Shown in pieces: positions 19,048-28,000 of a stretch of DNA of 64,000 nucleotides. How positions within the stretch are numbered: position 1 is the first letter of the stretch; each line of letters starts with the position of its first letter. The position numbers and the translations under genes were made by a program. Below the pieces are notes generated by a model, which saw only the letters and a program-made list of their open reading frames with translations, did no database searches and was not told the DNA's origin. Origin of the DNA: Acidobacteriota bacterium (lineage in GTDB: Bacteria > Acidobacteriota > UBA890 > WLXD01). The stretch lies in contig CAXWPL010000001.1 in the NCBI GenBank assembly GCA_963666215.2, positions 544,001 to 608,000 of the forward strand, in the 5' to 3' direction.

Positions 19048-19773
19048 GTGGCTGCGGAGTCCGTTTCTGGCGCCGAATCGGGACGCCCACGCGTCGCGCT
19101 GCCCAACTCGTGGACCGCGGCCCTCGGAGACGAAGCGCAGCGGCCCTATTTCAAGGCGCTCGAGCGGTTCGTCGAGCATGAGCGCGGCGAACACGAGGTC
19201 TTCCCACCCGCCGACGACGTTTTCGAGGCGCTGAACCTCACGCCATTCGACGCCGTTCGCGTCATCCTGCTCGGGCAGGACCCGTACCACGGCCCGGGAC
19301 AAGCCAACGGTCTGTGCTTCTCGGTTCGGCCAGGGGTGCCGCTGCCGCCATCGTTACGCAACATCTACCGCGAGCTGCGCGACGACATCGGCTGCACCAC
19401 GCCGCAGGACGGCGGCCTCGGTTCGTGGGCGCGGCAGGGTGTGCTGCTGCTCAACACCGTCTTGACCGTGCGGTCGCACGCACCCGGTTCACATCGCCGG
19501 CGCGGCTGGGAGCAATTCACCGACCGCGTCATCGAACGGCTGTGCGCAAGGCCTCGGCCCGCCGTGTTCGTACTCTGGGGTCACGACGCCCGCCGCAAGG
19601 CGGCGTCGATCGACAGGCAACGCCATAGCATCATCGAGAGCGCTCATCCGTCGCCTCTTTCGGCGTACCGCGGCTTTTTCGGAAGTCGCCCGTTCAGTGC
19701 TGTCAACGCCGCGCTGCGGCTTCAGGGCGAGTCGCCAATCACTTGGGAGCTTCCCGGCCCGGCAGCTCTCTAG
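19048..19773 (+). CDS. ung: Uracil-DNA glycosylase (family 1)
   Basis: GQDPYH, PPSLRNI, GVLLLN and HPSPLS motifs. Confidence 0.96.
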   Translation: MAAESVSGAESGRPRVALPNSWTAALGDEAQRPYFKALERFVEHERGEHEVFPPADDVFEALNLTPFDAVRVILLGQDPYHGPGQANGLCFSVRPGVPLPPSLRNIYRELRDDIGCTTPQDGGLGSWARQGVLLLNTVLTVRSHAPGSHRRRGWEQFTDRVIERLCARPRPAVFVLWGHDARRKAASIDRQRHSIIESAHPSPLSAYRGFFGSRPFSAVNAALRLQGESPITWELPGPAAL

Positions 19774-19802
19774 CTCAGCTATGGTCGAGATGCGGGCGCC
19801 CG

Positions 19803-20981
19803 CTACGTCGGCGACGCCGCGGCCGAATTCGTCGACAACTCAACCCGACCGGCTGGACCACACGGCTCGAGTCGCATGGCCGACGGCCCGAGCGCTTCGA
19901 GCAGCGAGCTCACTTGGCCGCGGCGGCAGGCGGCAACAATACAACCACCGAAACCGGCGCCAACGATGCGGGCGCCCAGAGCACCTGCGGCTCGTGCCCT
20001 ACCGACGAGGCGGTCGACTTCGGGGTGGCTGACCTCGTAGTCGTCGCGCAGCCCCGCGTGTGAGGCGTCGAGTATCGCTCCAAACAGGGTGAGGTCGTGC
20101 CGCGCCAGAGCGTCGATCGCCGCCTCCACCCGCGCCGCCTCGGCGTAGACGAAACGTGCGCGACGTCGCGCCGGATCGGGAAGCTCTGGCACCGAGAGCC
20201 TCTCCGCCAGCGGAACGTCGACGAGCTTGACGCCGACTCCTTCGCGAGCTGGCGCTCCCAGTCGCTCGGCCGCCGAGCTGCATTCCTGAACACGCGTGTT
20301 GTAGGCGTGCTGGACTGAGCCACCCTTGGGCGCGACGACTCCCGAATTGGCAACCACGATCGCCAGATCAGACGGGAGCTCAACCGGCGCGATGCGGAGC
20401 GGATCAAAATCGATGCGCAGCGCCCGGCCCGGCTCGGCCAGCAGAGAAATCGCCTGGTCCATGCCGCCCGAAAGCGTGCCGACATAGCGCTCGGCACGAC
20501 AGGCTCTTTCCGCGAGCTTCACGCGGTCGTCGCACGGCCCGAGTGCCAAGAGCGAGGCCACCACCACCGCCGACGACGACGAAAGCCCGGCGGCGGGCGG
20601 AATGTCTCCGCCGACGAGGAGCTCAACGCCCGCGCATCCGGTCGAGAGATGTCGCGCCAGGGCCGCCGCGACGACGTAGTCAACCCAGCTCTCTCTCGGC
20701 TGCCGGGTGCGCAGCGCATCGAGCGGAATCGTCTCCGCGGGATAGGAGGCCGCGTCGATGTTGCGGACGCACAACGTGAACTCCGACCGCGGTGCGGCGG
20801 CAACCCAGACCCGGCGATCAACAGCTATCGGCAGCACAGGGAAGCCGTTGTAGTCGATGTGCTCGCCGATCAGGTTCACGCGTCCCGGTGCCTGGGCGAT
20901 CACAGTCGCGTCGGGCAGCTCGGCCAGCAAGCGGCGCCTGAGGTCGGGTTGGAGTGCGGCTCGGTTATTCACGTGAAGCAA
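19803..20981 (-). CDS. galK: Galactokinase (GHMP family)
   Basis: APGRVNLIGEHIDY, PPAAGLSSS, GGMDQ, YNTR..EC and GARIVGAGFGGC motifs. Confidence 0.9.
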   Translation of the reverse strand: MLHVNNRAALQPDLRRRLLAELPDATVIAQAPGRVNLIGEHIDYNGFPVLPIAVDRRVWVAAAPRSEFTLCVRNIDAASYPAETIPLDALRTRQPRESWVDYVVAAALARHLSTGCAGVELLVGGDIPPAAGLSSSSAVVVASLLALGPCDDRVKLAERACRAERYVGTLSGGMDQAISLLAEPGRALRIDFDPLRIAPVELPSDLAIVVANSGVVAPKGGSVQHAYNTRVQECSSAAERLGAPAREGVGVKLVDVPLAERLSVPELPDPARRRARFVYAEAARVEAAIDALARHDLTLFGAILDASHAGLRDDYEVSHPEVDRLVGRARAAGALGARIVGAGFGGCIVAACRRGQVSSLLEALGPSAMRLEPCGPAGRVELSTNSAAASPT

Positions 20982-20986
20982 CTATA

Positions 20987-21024
20987 GATTCCTCGGATTC
21001 CTCAGAAAATCCGTCAGATTCCTC
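20987..21024. repeat. Short direct repeats (GATTCCTC x3) immediately upstream of galK
   Basis: Copies at 20987, 20996 and 21017, plus a degenerate copy near 21007. Confidence 0.6.
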
Positions 21025-21428
21025 AGGCGTGGCGACGACGCTGCCGTCCAGTTTGTATCCGCCGCGGATGATCGTTGCGCGGCACCACACGAGCGTCGCG
21101 TGCGACATTCGGCTACTCGGTCGCGACGGATAGCAACTCCTGCCAGCTTCTGACGCGGCGGAAAACCGCTCCGTCGCTCGTTTTGGCGATGTGGCCGGAC
21201 CTGGCCGGAACAGGACGACGTCGAGAGTCGGGCCTGGATTTCCTGACGCTCACCGGGCTCTCTCAGCTCACCCAAAGCCAGGAAAACACAGGAAGCGCTG
21301 CGAATGTCGCATGGTGTCGCTATCTCCAGATCGGTCTACAGGCGCTCTCGCGGGCTGTCGTGCAAGGGTCGGGCCCAGCTTTCGAACAGGGCCTGCTGTC
21401 GGGCCCACCACCTTTCCAACGTGGCCTG

Positions 21429-22571
21429 CTAGGGAAAGCGGCCCTGGCGGTCGAGGGCCACGAGCATCGACGCGGCCCGACCGTAGCTGTGCACGCCCCC
21501 GGCCACGCGGTTGGACCGCAGGTAGGCGTCGTTGATCCCGGTGGCCATGCGCGTGGCCGGGCTGCGATAGGCGGCCCAGAAGTCACGCATCGCCGCCAGG
21601 TCGGTCAACGCGCCCTCGCCAAGCAACTCCCATGCATCGCGAGCGCGGTCTCGGTCGGCGCGCTGCCCGGCACCGATCAAACGGGCCGCCGCATCGAGAA
21701 AGGCTGCGTAGCGCGCGTACCTTCCGTCCGCCGCGGCGCAGGCCAGAAAAGCGGCGAGGTTCGCCTCTCCCTCGTCGGTGATCCCTCTCTGATGCGCCTT
21801 CTCGTGAGCCACCATCATCGGCACTGCGGGGTCGGGCACGAGCGCGTTGATCGACGGCTCGCCGGTGAATGGAATAAAGATGCCGGCGATGCCGAGATAC
21901 GAGAACAGTGTCGAGCTCCACAACCGCTTCGCCGGCGAAACCGGCCCGCTCACCGTGTCGCCCGCCAGATCGAGACGCCGGTACGCGTCGTCGAGCCCGC
22001 GGTTGAGCACGGAGAAAGACATCGGGAGAGCACTGGGTCGATCGGCACTGCCGCCGAGCTCGAGCCGCAGCTGCGCGGCCTGTCTCGCCGCACGCTCCCC
22101 GAGCGCGAGCACGTCCTCGGCGTCGATCTCCGTGACGTCGAGCCGCATTCGATCGGCAAGCGACGGCCGCGCGTAGTTGAAGCCCCACAGCAACAGGAAT
22201 GCCCAGGCGACGACGCCCGCCGCGGCCCACAGAAAAAGGGCCGGTCGAATCCAACGCCGGCGCGAGTCTGATGTGCCCTCTCTTTCTCGCCGCCGCGAGA
22301 ACGCGATTGCAAGCATGACAGCGCCACCAACCATCATCACCATGACGATCAGCTCCGCTACCGACACCGGCAGGCTCGCCCCGACAAGCCGGAGGACGAC
22401 GACGATTCGCGGATACAGCATCTCGCCGTACAGGCGCTCGACAGCCAGTGGGAAGGCGAACGCCAGCCACCGAGCAACAAAAGCCAGCGGTAGCATGCTC
22501 AGCGCAACGCCGGCGAGCGCCAACTCTTTCGAAGACGCAGAATCCGTCGCACGCTCGTCTGACAAGGACAT
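21429..22571 (-). CDS. DUF3810-family membrane protein with a zincin HExxH motif
   Basis: LWGFNYAR, GIAGIFIPFTGE and AHEKAHQRG..EGEAN motifs. Confidence 0.85.
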   Translation of the reverse strand: MSLSDERATDSASSKELALAGVALSMLPLAFVARWLAFAFPLAVERLYGEMLYPRIVVVLRLVGASLPVSVAELIVMVMMVGGAVMLAIAFSRRREREGTSDSRRRWIRPALFLWAAAGVVAWAFLLLWGFNYARPSLADRMRLDVTEIDAEDVLALGERAARQAAQLRLELGGSADRPSALPMSFSVLNRGLDDAYRRLDLAGDTVSGPVSPAKRLWSSTLFSYLGIAGIFIPFTGEPSINALVPDPAVPMMVAHEKAHQRGITDEGEANLAAFLACAAADGRYARYAAFLDAAARLIGAGQRADRDRARDAWELLGEGALTDLAAMRDFWAAYRSPATRMATGINDAYLRSNRVAGGVHSYGRAASMLVALDRQGRFP

Positions 22572-22645
22572 CCTGTTCCGATCCTGAGGTTGGAACCTCC
22601 GATGTGCCCTAATATTGCCAGCCCACCCGCATCGAAGGCCGCCGC

Positions 22646-23911
22646 ATGCAACTGACGCCGCACGACGAGGATCTCCTGAGTGGACGAGCTGGCGAGGCGG
22701 CCGCGTTCGCCATGTCGATCATCGTTCGCATGGGCGAGGTGTGTGGCGCCGAGGGCCTGATGGATATCACGCAGGCGCACATCGATTCGACGATCTACAC
22801 GGGTGAAGCCACGCTCGAGTTTGCCGAGCGGCTCGCGAGCATGGATGCCAGGGTCGCCGTGCCATCAACGATGAACGTGTCGGGCGTCGACGAGCACGGT
22901 TGGCGCGATTGGCCTGTGCCCGCAGAGTGGGCCGACCAAGCCTACCGGCAGATGGTGGCGTACCAGGGCATGGGATGTATCCCCACCTGGACCTGCGCGC
23001 CCTACCAAACCGTGTACAAGCCGAAGTTCGGACAGCAGATTGCCTGGGGCGAATCGAACGCCATCGCTTTCGCCAACTCGGTGCTGGGCGCTCGCACCGA
23101 ACGTTACCCCGACCTGATGGACATCTGCGCGGCAATCACCGCTCGCGTTCCGGCCGTGGGTCTTCACCTCGACGAGAACCGCGCCGGCCAGCTGCTGCTC
23201 GAGCTCACCGGCGTCCCCCGCGAGCTGCAACTCGACGATGCCTTCTGGCCCGTTTTCGGGCATGTCGTCGGACAACGAGCACGCGATCGCGTCGTGGTGA
23301 TCGACGGGCTCGACCCCGCCGTTCGTCCCGCCGAAGACGACCTCAAAGCTCTCGGAGCGGGCGCCGCGTCTTCGGGCGCAGTGGCGTTGTTTCACCTCGT
23401 GGGCGTTACCCCGGAGGCACCGACGCGCGCCGCCGCTTTCCAGCAACGCCAGCCGGAGGCGCACGAAACTGTCAGCACAGCAGAGTTGCGCGCGGCGCGG
23501 GCGGCGCTGAACACCGCACCCGGTAACACGCTCGACATGGTGATTCTCGGGAGCCCGCACTTCTCGCTTGCCGAGTTCCGACGCCTGGCCCCGCTCGTCG
23601 ACGGCAAGCGCGCTCACAGTGACGTCGTCTTCTTGGTAACGACCAGCCGCATCATGCGGCAGCTAGCCGACGAAGCCGGCCTGCTCGAGCCACTGCAGCG
23701 TTTCGGGGCCCGGATTACCGTCGACACCTGCATCCTGGCTACGCCGATGAAGCCCGACGGAATCGGCACGTTGATGACCAACTCCGCCAAGTACGCTTAC
23801 TACTCGCCTGGCCTCCTGAACGCCGACGTCCATTTCGGTGGCATGAAGGAGTGCGTCAACTCGGCCATCGCCGGGCGCGTGGCGGAGCCTTCGCGAGCGT
23901 GGCGCGACTAA
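22646..23911 (+). CDS. Aconitase X catalytic (large) subunit, DUF521
   Basis: AHID, WTCAPY, AWGESNA..FANSVLGART, ASSGAVALFH..GVTPEA, GSPH, DTC and TNSAK motifs. Confidence 0.9.
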   Translation: MQLTPHDEDLLSGRAGEAAAFAMSIIVRMGEVCGAEGLMDITQAHIDSTIYTGEATLEFAERLASMDARVAVPSTMNVSGVDEHGWRDWPVPAEWADQAYRQMVAYQGMGCIPTWTCAPYQTVYKPKFGQQIAWGESNAIAFANSVLGARTERYPDLMDICAAITARVPAVGLHLDENRAGQLLLELTGVPRELQLDDAFWPVFGHVVGQRARDRVVVIDGLDPAVRPAEDDLKALGAGAASSGAVALFHLVGVTPEAPTRAAAFQQRQPEAHETVSTAELRAARAALNTAPGNTLDMVILGSPHFSLAEFRRLAPLVDGKRAHSDVVFLVTTSRIMRQLADEAGLLEPLQRFGARITVDTCILATPMKPDGIGTLMTNSAKYAYYSPGLLNADVHFGGMKECVNSAIAGRVAEPSRAWRD

Positions 23912-24318
23912 TGCGCGGGCGGCCTCTTGTTGCCGGGACTGCCGAGGGAACGGTGCTGGCGGCGAACGAGCCGCTGAGCTTCTGGGGAGGCTATGACCAG
24001 GCCACCGGTGAGATCATCGATCGACGGCATCCGCTCGCCGGCCAGTGCGCCGCCGGGCGGATTCTGGCGTTGCCAATGAGTCGCGGGTCCTCCACGACGG
24101 CTGCCGTGTTCCTCGAATCGGTGCGTCGCGGAACCTCCCCAGCCGCAGTCCTGACCAACGGTGTGGACACTTTCCTCACGTTGGCGGCCATAGTCGCCGA
24201 GAAGATGTACAGCCGTACGATCCCGATCGTGGCACTCGAGGAAGCCGACTTCGCGCAAATCGAGAGCGGTCAACAACTCCGAATCAAGGCCGATGGGACA
24301 GTAACTCCGAGCGGCTAG
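23911..24318 (+). CDS. Aconitase X swivel (small) subunit, DUF126
   Basis: ATG overlaps the upstream TAA. PLSFWGGYD..TGEIIDRRHPL.G and RGSST motifs. Confidence 0.9.
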   Translation: MRGRPLVAGTAEGTVLAANEPLSFWGGYDQATGEIIDRRHPLAGQCAAGRILALPMSRGSSTTAAVFLESVRRGTSPAAVLTNGVDTFLTLAAIVAEKMYSRTIPIVALEEADFAQIESGQQLRIKADGTVTPSG

Positions 24319-24319
24319 C

Positions 24320-24402
24320 TGCGAGTTCTCGTGAGTTCTAGGGAGGTTGTTCACGAGCCACTCCTGAGACCCGAGCCATCGATGTTGTCATGCCGATGCC
24401 GG
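24320..24402 (-). mobile_element. Remnant end of an IS481-family element
   Basis: GTGAGTTCTAGGGAGGTTGTTCACG...TGTCATGCCGATGCCGG aligns with 47066-47138 of the intact IS. It abuts GCTAGC. Confidence 0.85.
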
Positions 24403-24403
24403 A

Positions 24404-24462
24404 GGGGGAGCGGGGCGCAAAGCATCGTAGCGGCTCTCCTGGCGCGCGTCTGAATCGCCCCC
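24404..24462. repeat. Unidentified intergenic repeat, copy 1
   Basis: GGGGGAGCGGGGCG-N4-GCATCGTAGCGGCTCTC and GCGCGCGTCTGAA-W-CGCCCCC both recur at 63099-63267. Confidence 0.8.
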
Positions 24463-24601
24463 ACCCCGACTTGCGGCCGAAGACCGGTCAATCGCGACCG
24501 AACCCGACCACCACGCTCCCGAAGGCGCGCCACTCGTGCGACACTAGGGGGCTAGCTGCGCAGTAGCCGCGGCGCCCCCCTCAAAGCAGCAGCCTCCGCG
24601 A

Positions 24602-25810
24602 ATGCCTCCTATCTGGAACCTGCAGCAGGTCCTCGTTTCTCTCGCGTCGGCGGGCGCTCTCCTCTGGGTGGCGATTCTGCTCGACCGCAAGCGCTCGTGG
24701 CCCGCGGGATGGAGCCTTCATCTGAGCATACCTTCGCGCGATCCCAAGCCGGCGCAATTCCCCCCGTGCGTGGCGGTCATCGCGGCAAGGCACGAGGCCG
24801 CAACCCTGCCTCGTACCCTCCCGAGGTTGCTCCGCCAGCTCGACCATTTCCACCGTATCGTCATTGTCGACGACCGCTCCGAGGACAGCACCGGGAGCAC
24901 GGCCCGTCGACTGGCAGGGAGCGATCTCGACGACAAGGTGCAGGTTGTGCGCGTTGACGAGCTGCCGGATGGCTGGGCGAGCAAGGTCAATGCGATGCAT
25001 GTCGGCATCGAAGCGGCAACCGCTAACTGGGACGGCGACCACGCCGAGCAGTGGATCCTGCTGACCGCCGCCGACATTCTGCACCCCACGACTTCCATGG
25101 CGCGCATGCTCACGAAGGCTCGCGAGCACGACTTTGATGTGGTTTCCGTGATGGCACAACTACGGGCTTCACGCTTTTGGGAGCGGCTCCTTATTCCGCC
25201 GTTCGTCTACTTCTCTCAGCTGCTGCACCCGTTCCGCAAGGCTTCCGACCCACAGTCGAGCGTAGCGGCGCTCGCCGGCGGCTGCATTTTGGTGCGACGG
25301 AGCACGCTGCAGGATGCCGGCGGCCTCGAGGCGATCAAGGACGCGCTGGTCGACGACATGGCGCTGGCGCGCACGCTCAAGGCCAGCGGCGCTCGCATCT
25401 GGCTCGGTATCGATCCCGACTTGCGGTCGCTTCGAACGTACGGCTCGGTTGGGGAAGTTATCGACAGAGTGTCCCGCACGGCTTTCGCGGCGCTGCACTA
25501 TCGCTACTGGGCGCTGCCGATTGCCTGGCTAGGGCTGCTGCTGCTGTTCATCGCACCACCCGTGCTGGCTACCTATGGAGCGATTCGGCTCGACCCGATG
25601 ATCGCGGGCCCGGCGCTGCTGGCGTGGCTGATCGCCACTGTGACCGTCATCCCGGTAAGCCAGCACCAGAACGTCGCATTGGGATATGCGCTGGCGATGC
25701 CGATTTCGGCGACAGTCTACATCTACATGACGTTGGTCTCGGCTTGGCGCCACTTCCGGGGCAAGCACGAGTGGCGCGACCGGGCGGAGAACGAAACCCA
25801 CCTCATCTAG
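24602..25810 (+). CDS. Glycosyltransferase family 2, HpnB-like (hopene-associated) membrane enzyme
   Basis: IVDDRSEDST, LPDGWASK, ERLLIPPFVYF, GGCILVRR, GGLEAIKDALVDD.ALA, VSRTAF and C-terminal TMs. Confidence 0.82.
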   Translation: MPPIWNLQQVLVSLASAGALLWVAILLDRKRSWPAGWSLHLSIPSRDPKPAQFPPCVAVIAARHEAATLPRTLPRLLRQLDHFHRIVIVDDRSEDSTGSTARRLAGSDLDDKVQVVRVDELPDGWASKVNAMHVGIEAATANWDGDHAEQWILLTAADILHPTTSMARMLTKAREHDFDVVSVMAQLRASRFWERLLIPPFVYFSQLLHPFRKASDPQSSVAALAGGCILVRRSTLQDAGGLEAIKDALVDDMALARTLKASGARIWLGIDPDLRSLRTYGSVGEVIDRVSRTAFAALHYRYWALPIAWLGLLLLFIAPPVLATYGAIRLDPMIAGPALLAWLIATVTVIPVSQHQNVALGYALAMPISATVYIYMTLVSAWRHFRGKHEWRDRAENETHLI

Positions 25811-25829
25811 CAAGATCTGGCAGCCAGCG

Positions 25830-26291
25830 GTGACCGAACGCCCAGCCAAGCACCGGCCCTGCGGGGACTCGGTGGCGACTGTCGAAATCGAAGTCCGATA
25901 CGCCGAAACCGATGCCCAGGGCGTTGTGCATCACGCCAACTATCTGGTTTGGTTCGAGCTCGCCCGCACCCGGCTGTGCAGCAACAGTGGCACCACCTAC
26001 GCGCAGATCGAGGCGCGCGGACACCAGCTCACCGTTAGCGGCGCCAACGTCCGTTATCGACGCGCGGCCCGCTATGGCGACGTCGTCGAGGTGAGCGCCT
26101 GGATCGACCGGCTTGGTAGCCGCGGCATGCGTTTCGCCTACGAAGTCCGACGCGCGGGGGAATCGGGCGAGCACCTGGTGAGCGGCACCACGGACCACAT
26201 CTGGGTTGATTCGACGCGCGGAACGGCCTGCCGCATGCCCGAGGCTCTACGGGCTCCGTTCGAGGAGCTGGCGAAGCCAACGCCGAGCTAG
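25830..26291 (+). CDS. Acyl-CoA thioesterase (YbgC/4HBT hot-dog fold)
   Basis: VRYAETDAQGVVHHANYLVWFELAR motif. Confidence 0.9.
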   Translation: MTERPAKHRPCGDSVATVEIEVRYAETDAQGVVHHANYLVWFELARTRLCSNSGTTYAQIEARGHQLTVSGANVRYRRAARYGDVVEVSAWIDRLGSRGMRFAYEVRRAGESGEHLVSGTTDHIWVDSTRGTACRMPEALRAPFEELAKPTPS

Positions 26292-26539
26292 CCTGCCGAT
26301 CCGTGGGCCGAGCTGGCGGCCGATACCGCCGCCTCGGCTGCCTCAGTGGCCGCGGTCGCTGCGGTAATCCCGCTCGCAACTTCGATCAGACGCGCGACGT
26401 GCGGAAGGATGGCGATCCGCAGCGCCGCGCGCAGCTCAGCGGCTCTCTTCAGCAGGCTCGCCGTGCGCTCCATCCACTCGCGGCTGCTCTCCTGGTTGGG
26501 CTCGAAGTCACGGACGGGCTTCCTGTTGCGCGCAGACCT
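26288..26539 (-). pseudogene. Probable 3' fragment of an unidentified gene
   Basis: Open, protein-like frame (RNRKPVRDFEPNQESSREWMERTASLLKRAAELR...) whose stop overlaps the thioesterase stop. The 5' side runs into an opposite-strand permease fragment. Confidence 0.4.
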
Positions 26540-27906
26540 CTACACGGTGATCCGCAAGGACCTCATCGCCGAGCACGACCGTACGAGCTACAACTACTGG
26601 ATGGTCGGCCGCCTGCGCGAAGGGGTTAGCCTTGCCGAGGCCTCCGAGGATTTGAACGCGACGATGCAAGGTATCGCCGCCGATGATCGACGCTTGCAAA
26701 GCTGGGCGGTTCTTCTCGAGCCGCTCGACGGCCTGGCGGCGACCACCGTGCGTCCCGTGATGCTGGGGCTCTGGGCTGCCGTGACACTGGTGTTGGCAAT
26801 CGCGATCGCCAACGTGGCCAGCCTGCTGCTGATGCGCAGCGCCTCACGCCGTAGCGAGCTCGTGGTGCGCAGTGCGCTAGGCGCCGGGAGCTGGCGCACC
26901 ATGCGACTCCTGTGGACCGAGGCCGCACTACTTGCCGCTATGGGAACCGGGATCGCGCGCGCCCGGCGTCGTGACTGCCGGACTGAACGACTACGTTCCC
27001 TTCCAAGCAGAGGACGGCTTCGCCGGCATTCGGCTCGACGATCGCCCGCCGCCGAAGGGTCCGGGGCTACGCGAAGAATGGCGTCGGGTGAGTCAGCACT
27101 ACTTCGCGGCTGCTGGGATCAGAACGACCGCGGGCAGAGGCTTCGAGGCGAGCGACTACGACGACGGGCCGCTGGTGGCGATCGTCAACGAGGCGTTCGC
27201 GCGTAAGCACTACCGCGGAGACGCCGCGCTCGGCAAGCCGTTGACCATTTGGAACAGCCAGCTCGGCGCGGCGGAGATCGTCGGTGTGGTCAGCGACGTA
27301 CGGCGTCGCGGGTTTGCCGTGGCGTCACCGCCCGTGCTCTATGCCCCATTCCACCACAGCCCGCGCGCGAACATGGCTCTGTTCGTGCGCACGCAAGGCC
27401 GCCCGGAGACCATGATCGCGCCTGTGAAAGAAGCGATCTGGTCGATCGATTCGAGCCAGCCGATCGACGCTGTGGCGCCGCTCTCCGATGTACTGCAGGC
27501 ATCGATTGGCGTTCCGCGCATGCTCATGGCGTTGTTCGCCGCACTCGCATCGACAGCGCTGCTTCTCGCGGCTCTCGGCGTGTTCGGAACCTTCGGATAC
27601 GCCGTTCGCCTCCGGCGCCGCGAGCTCGGCGTCCGCCTGGCTCTGGGCGCCGAGCCAAGACGCCTCCGAACCGAGCTGCTCGAGCGAGCGGCCCTGTTCG
27701 CAGCCCTTGGTATTGCGATTGGCCTCGCGATCGCCGTGGTCGCTGGCACTGCCACGGCGTCGCTCCTGCATGGCGTCTCGAGTAGCAGCCCGGCACCTTT
27801 GGCTCTGGCGGCCGCCACCCTTTTCGCTTCGGCTTTGGGCGCGACGTGACTCCCCTCGCGCCGCATCGGCGCGATCGACCCGAGCGAGGCACTGCGCAAC
27901 GAGTAG
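26532..27906 (+). pseudogene. Disrupted ADOP-type ABC permease: no 5' end, internal deletion/frameshift at about 26955, in-frame TGA at 27847
   Basis: VGRLREGVS, IANVASLLL.R...RRSELVVRSALGA; then in another frame PGV..AG, IVNEAFARK, EIVGVVSDVR, RRRELGVRLALGA; after the TGA, LPSRRIGAIDPSEALRNE*. Confidence 0.85.
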
Positions 27907-27936
27907 CAGGGTAGGCCGGGCCCCATCCGCGAAGTC

Positions 27937-27980
27937 CGAAGGGGGCCGAGGGACGCGAAGGGGCCGAGGAACGCGAAGGA
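27937..27980. repeat. Short imperfect tandem repeat (18-19 bp x about 2.4) between convergent permease genes
   Basis: CGAAGGGGGCCGAGGGACG / CGAAGGGGCCGAGGAACG / CGAAGGA. Confidence 0.6.
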
Positions 27981-28000
27981 TCCGCGCGGCGGCAGACGCT

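Noticed and set aside
21131-21147. Sigma-54 promoter (TGGCAGGAGTTGC on the - strand) upstream of galK
   Set aside because: GG-to-GC spacing is 8 nt rather than the required 10.
22646-25810. AcnX plus HpnB-like GT as an archaeal-type mevalonate/hopanoid cluster
   Set aside because: No other mevalonate or hpn genes are present, and an IS remnant and repeat separate the genes.
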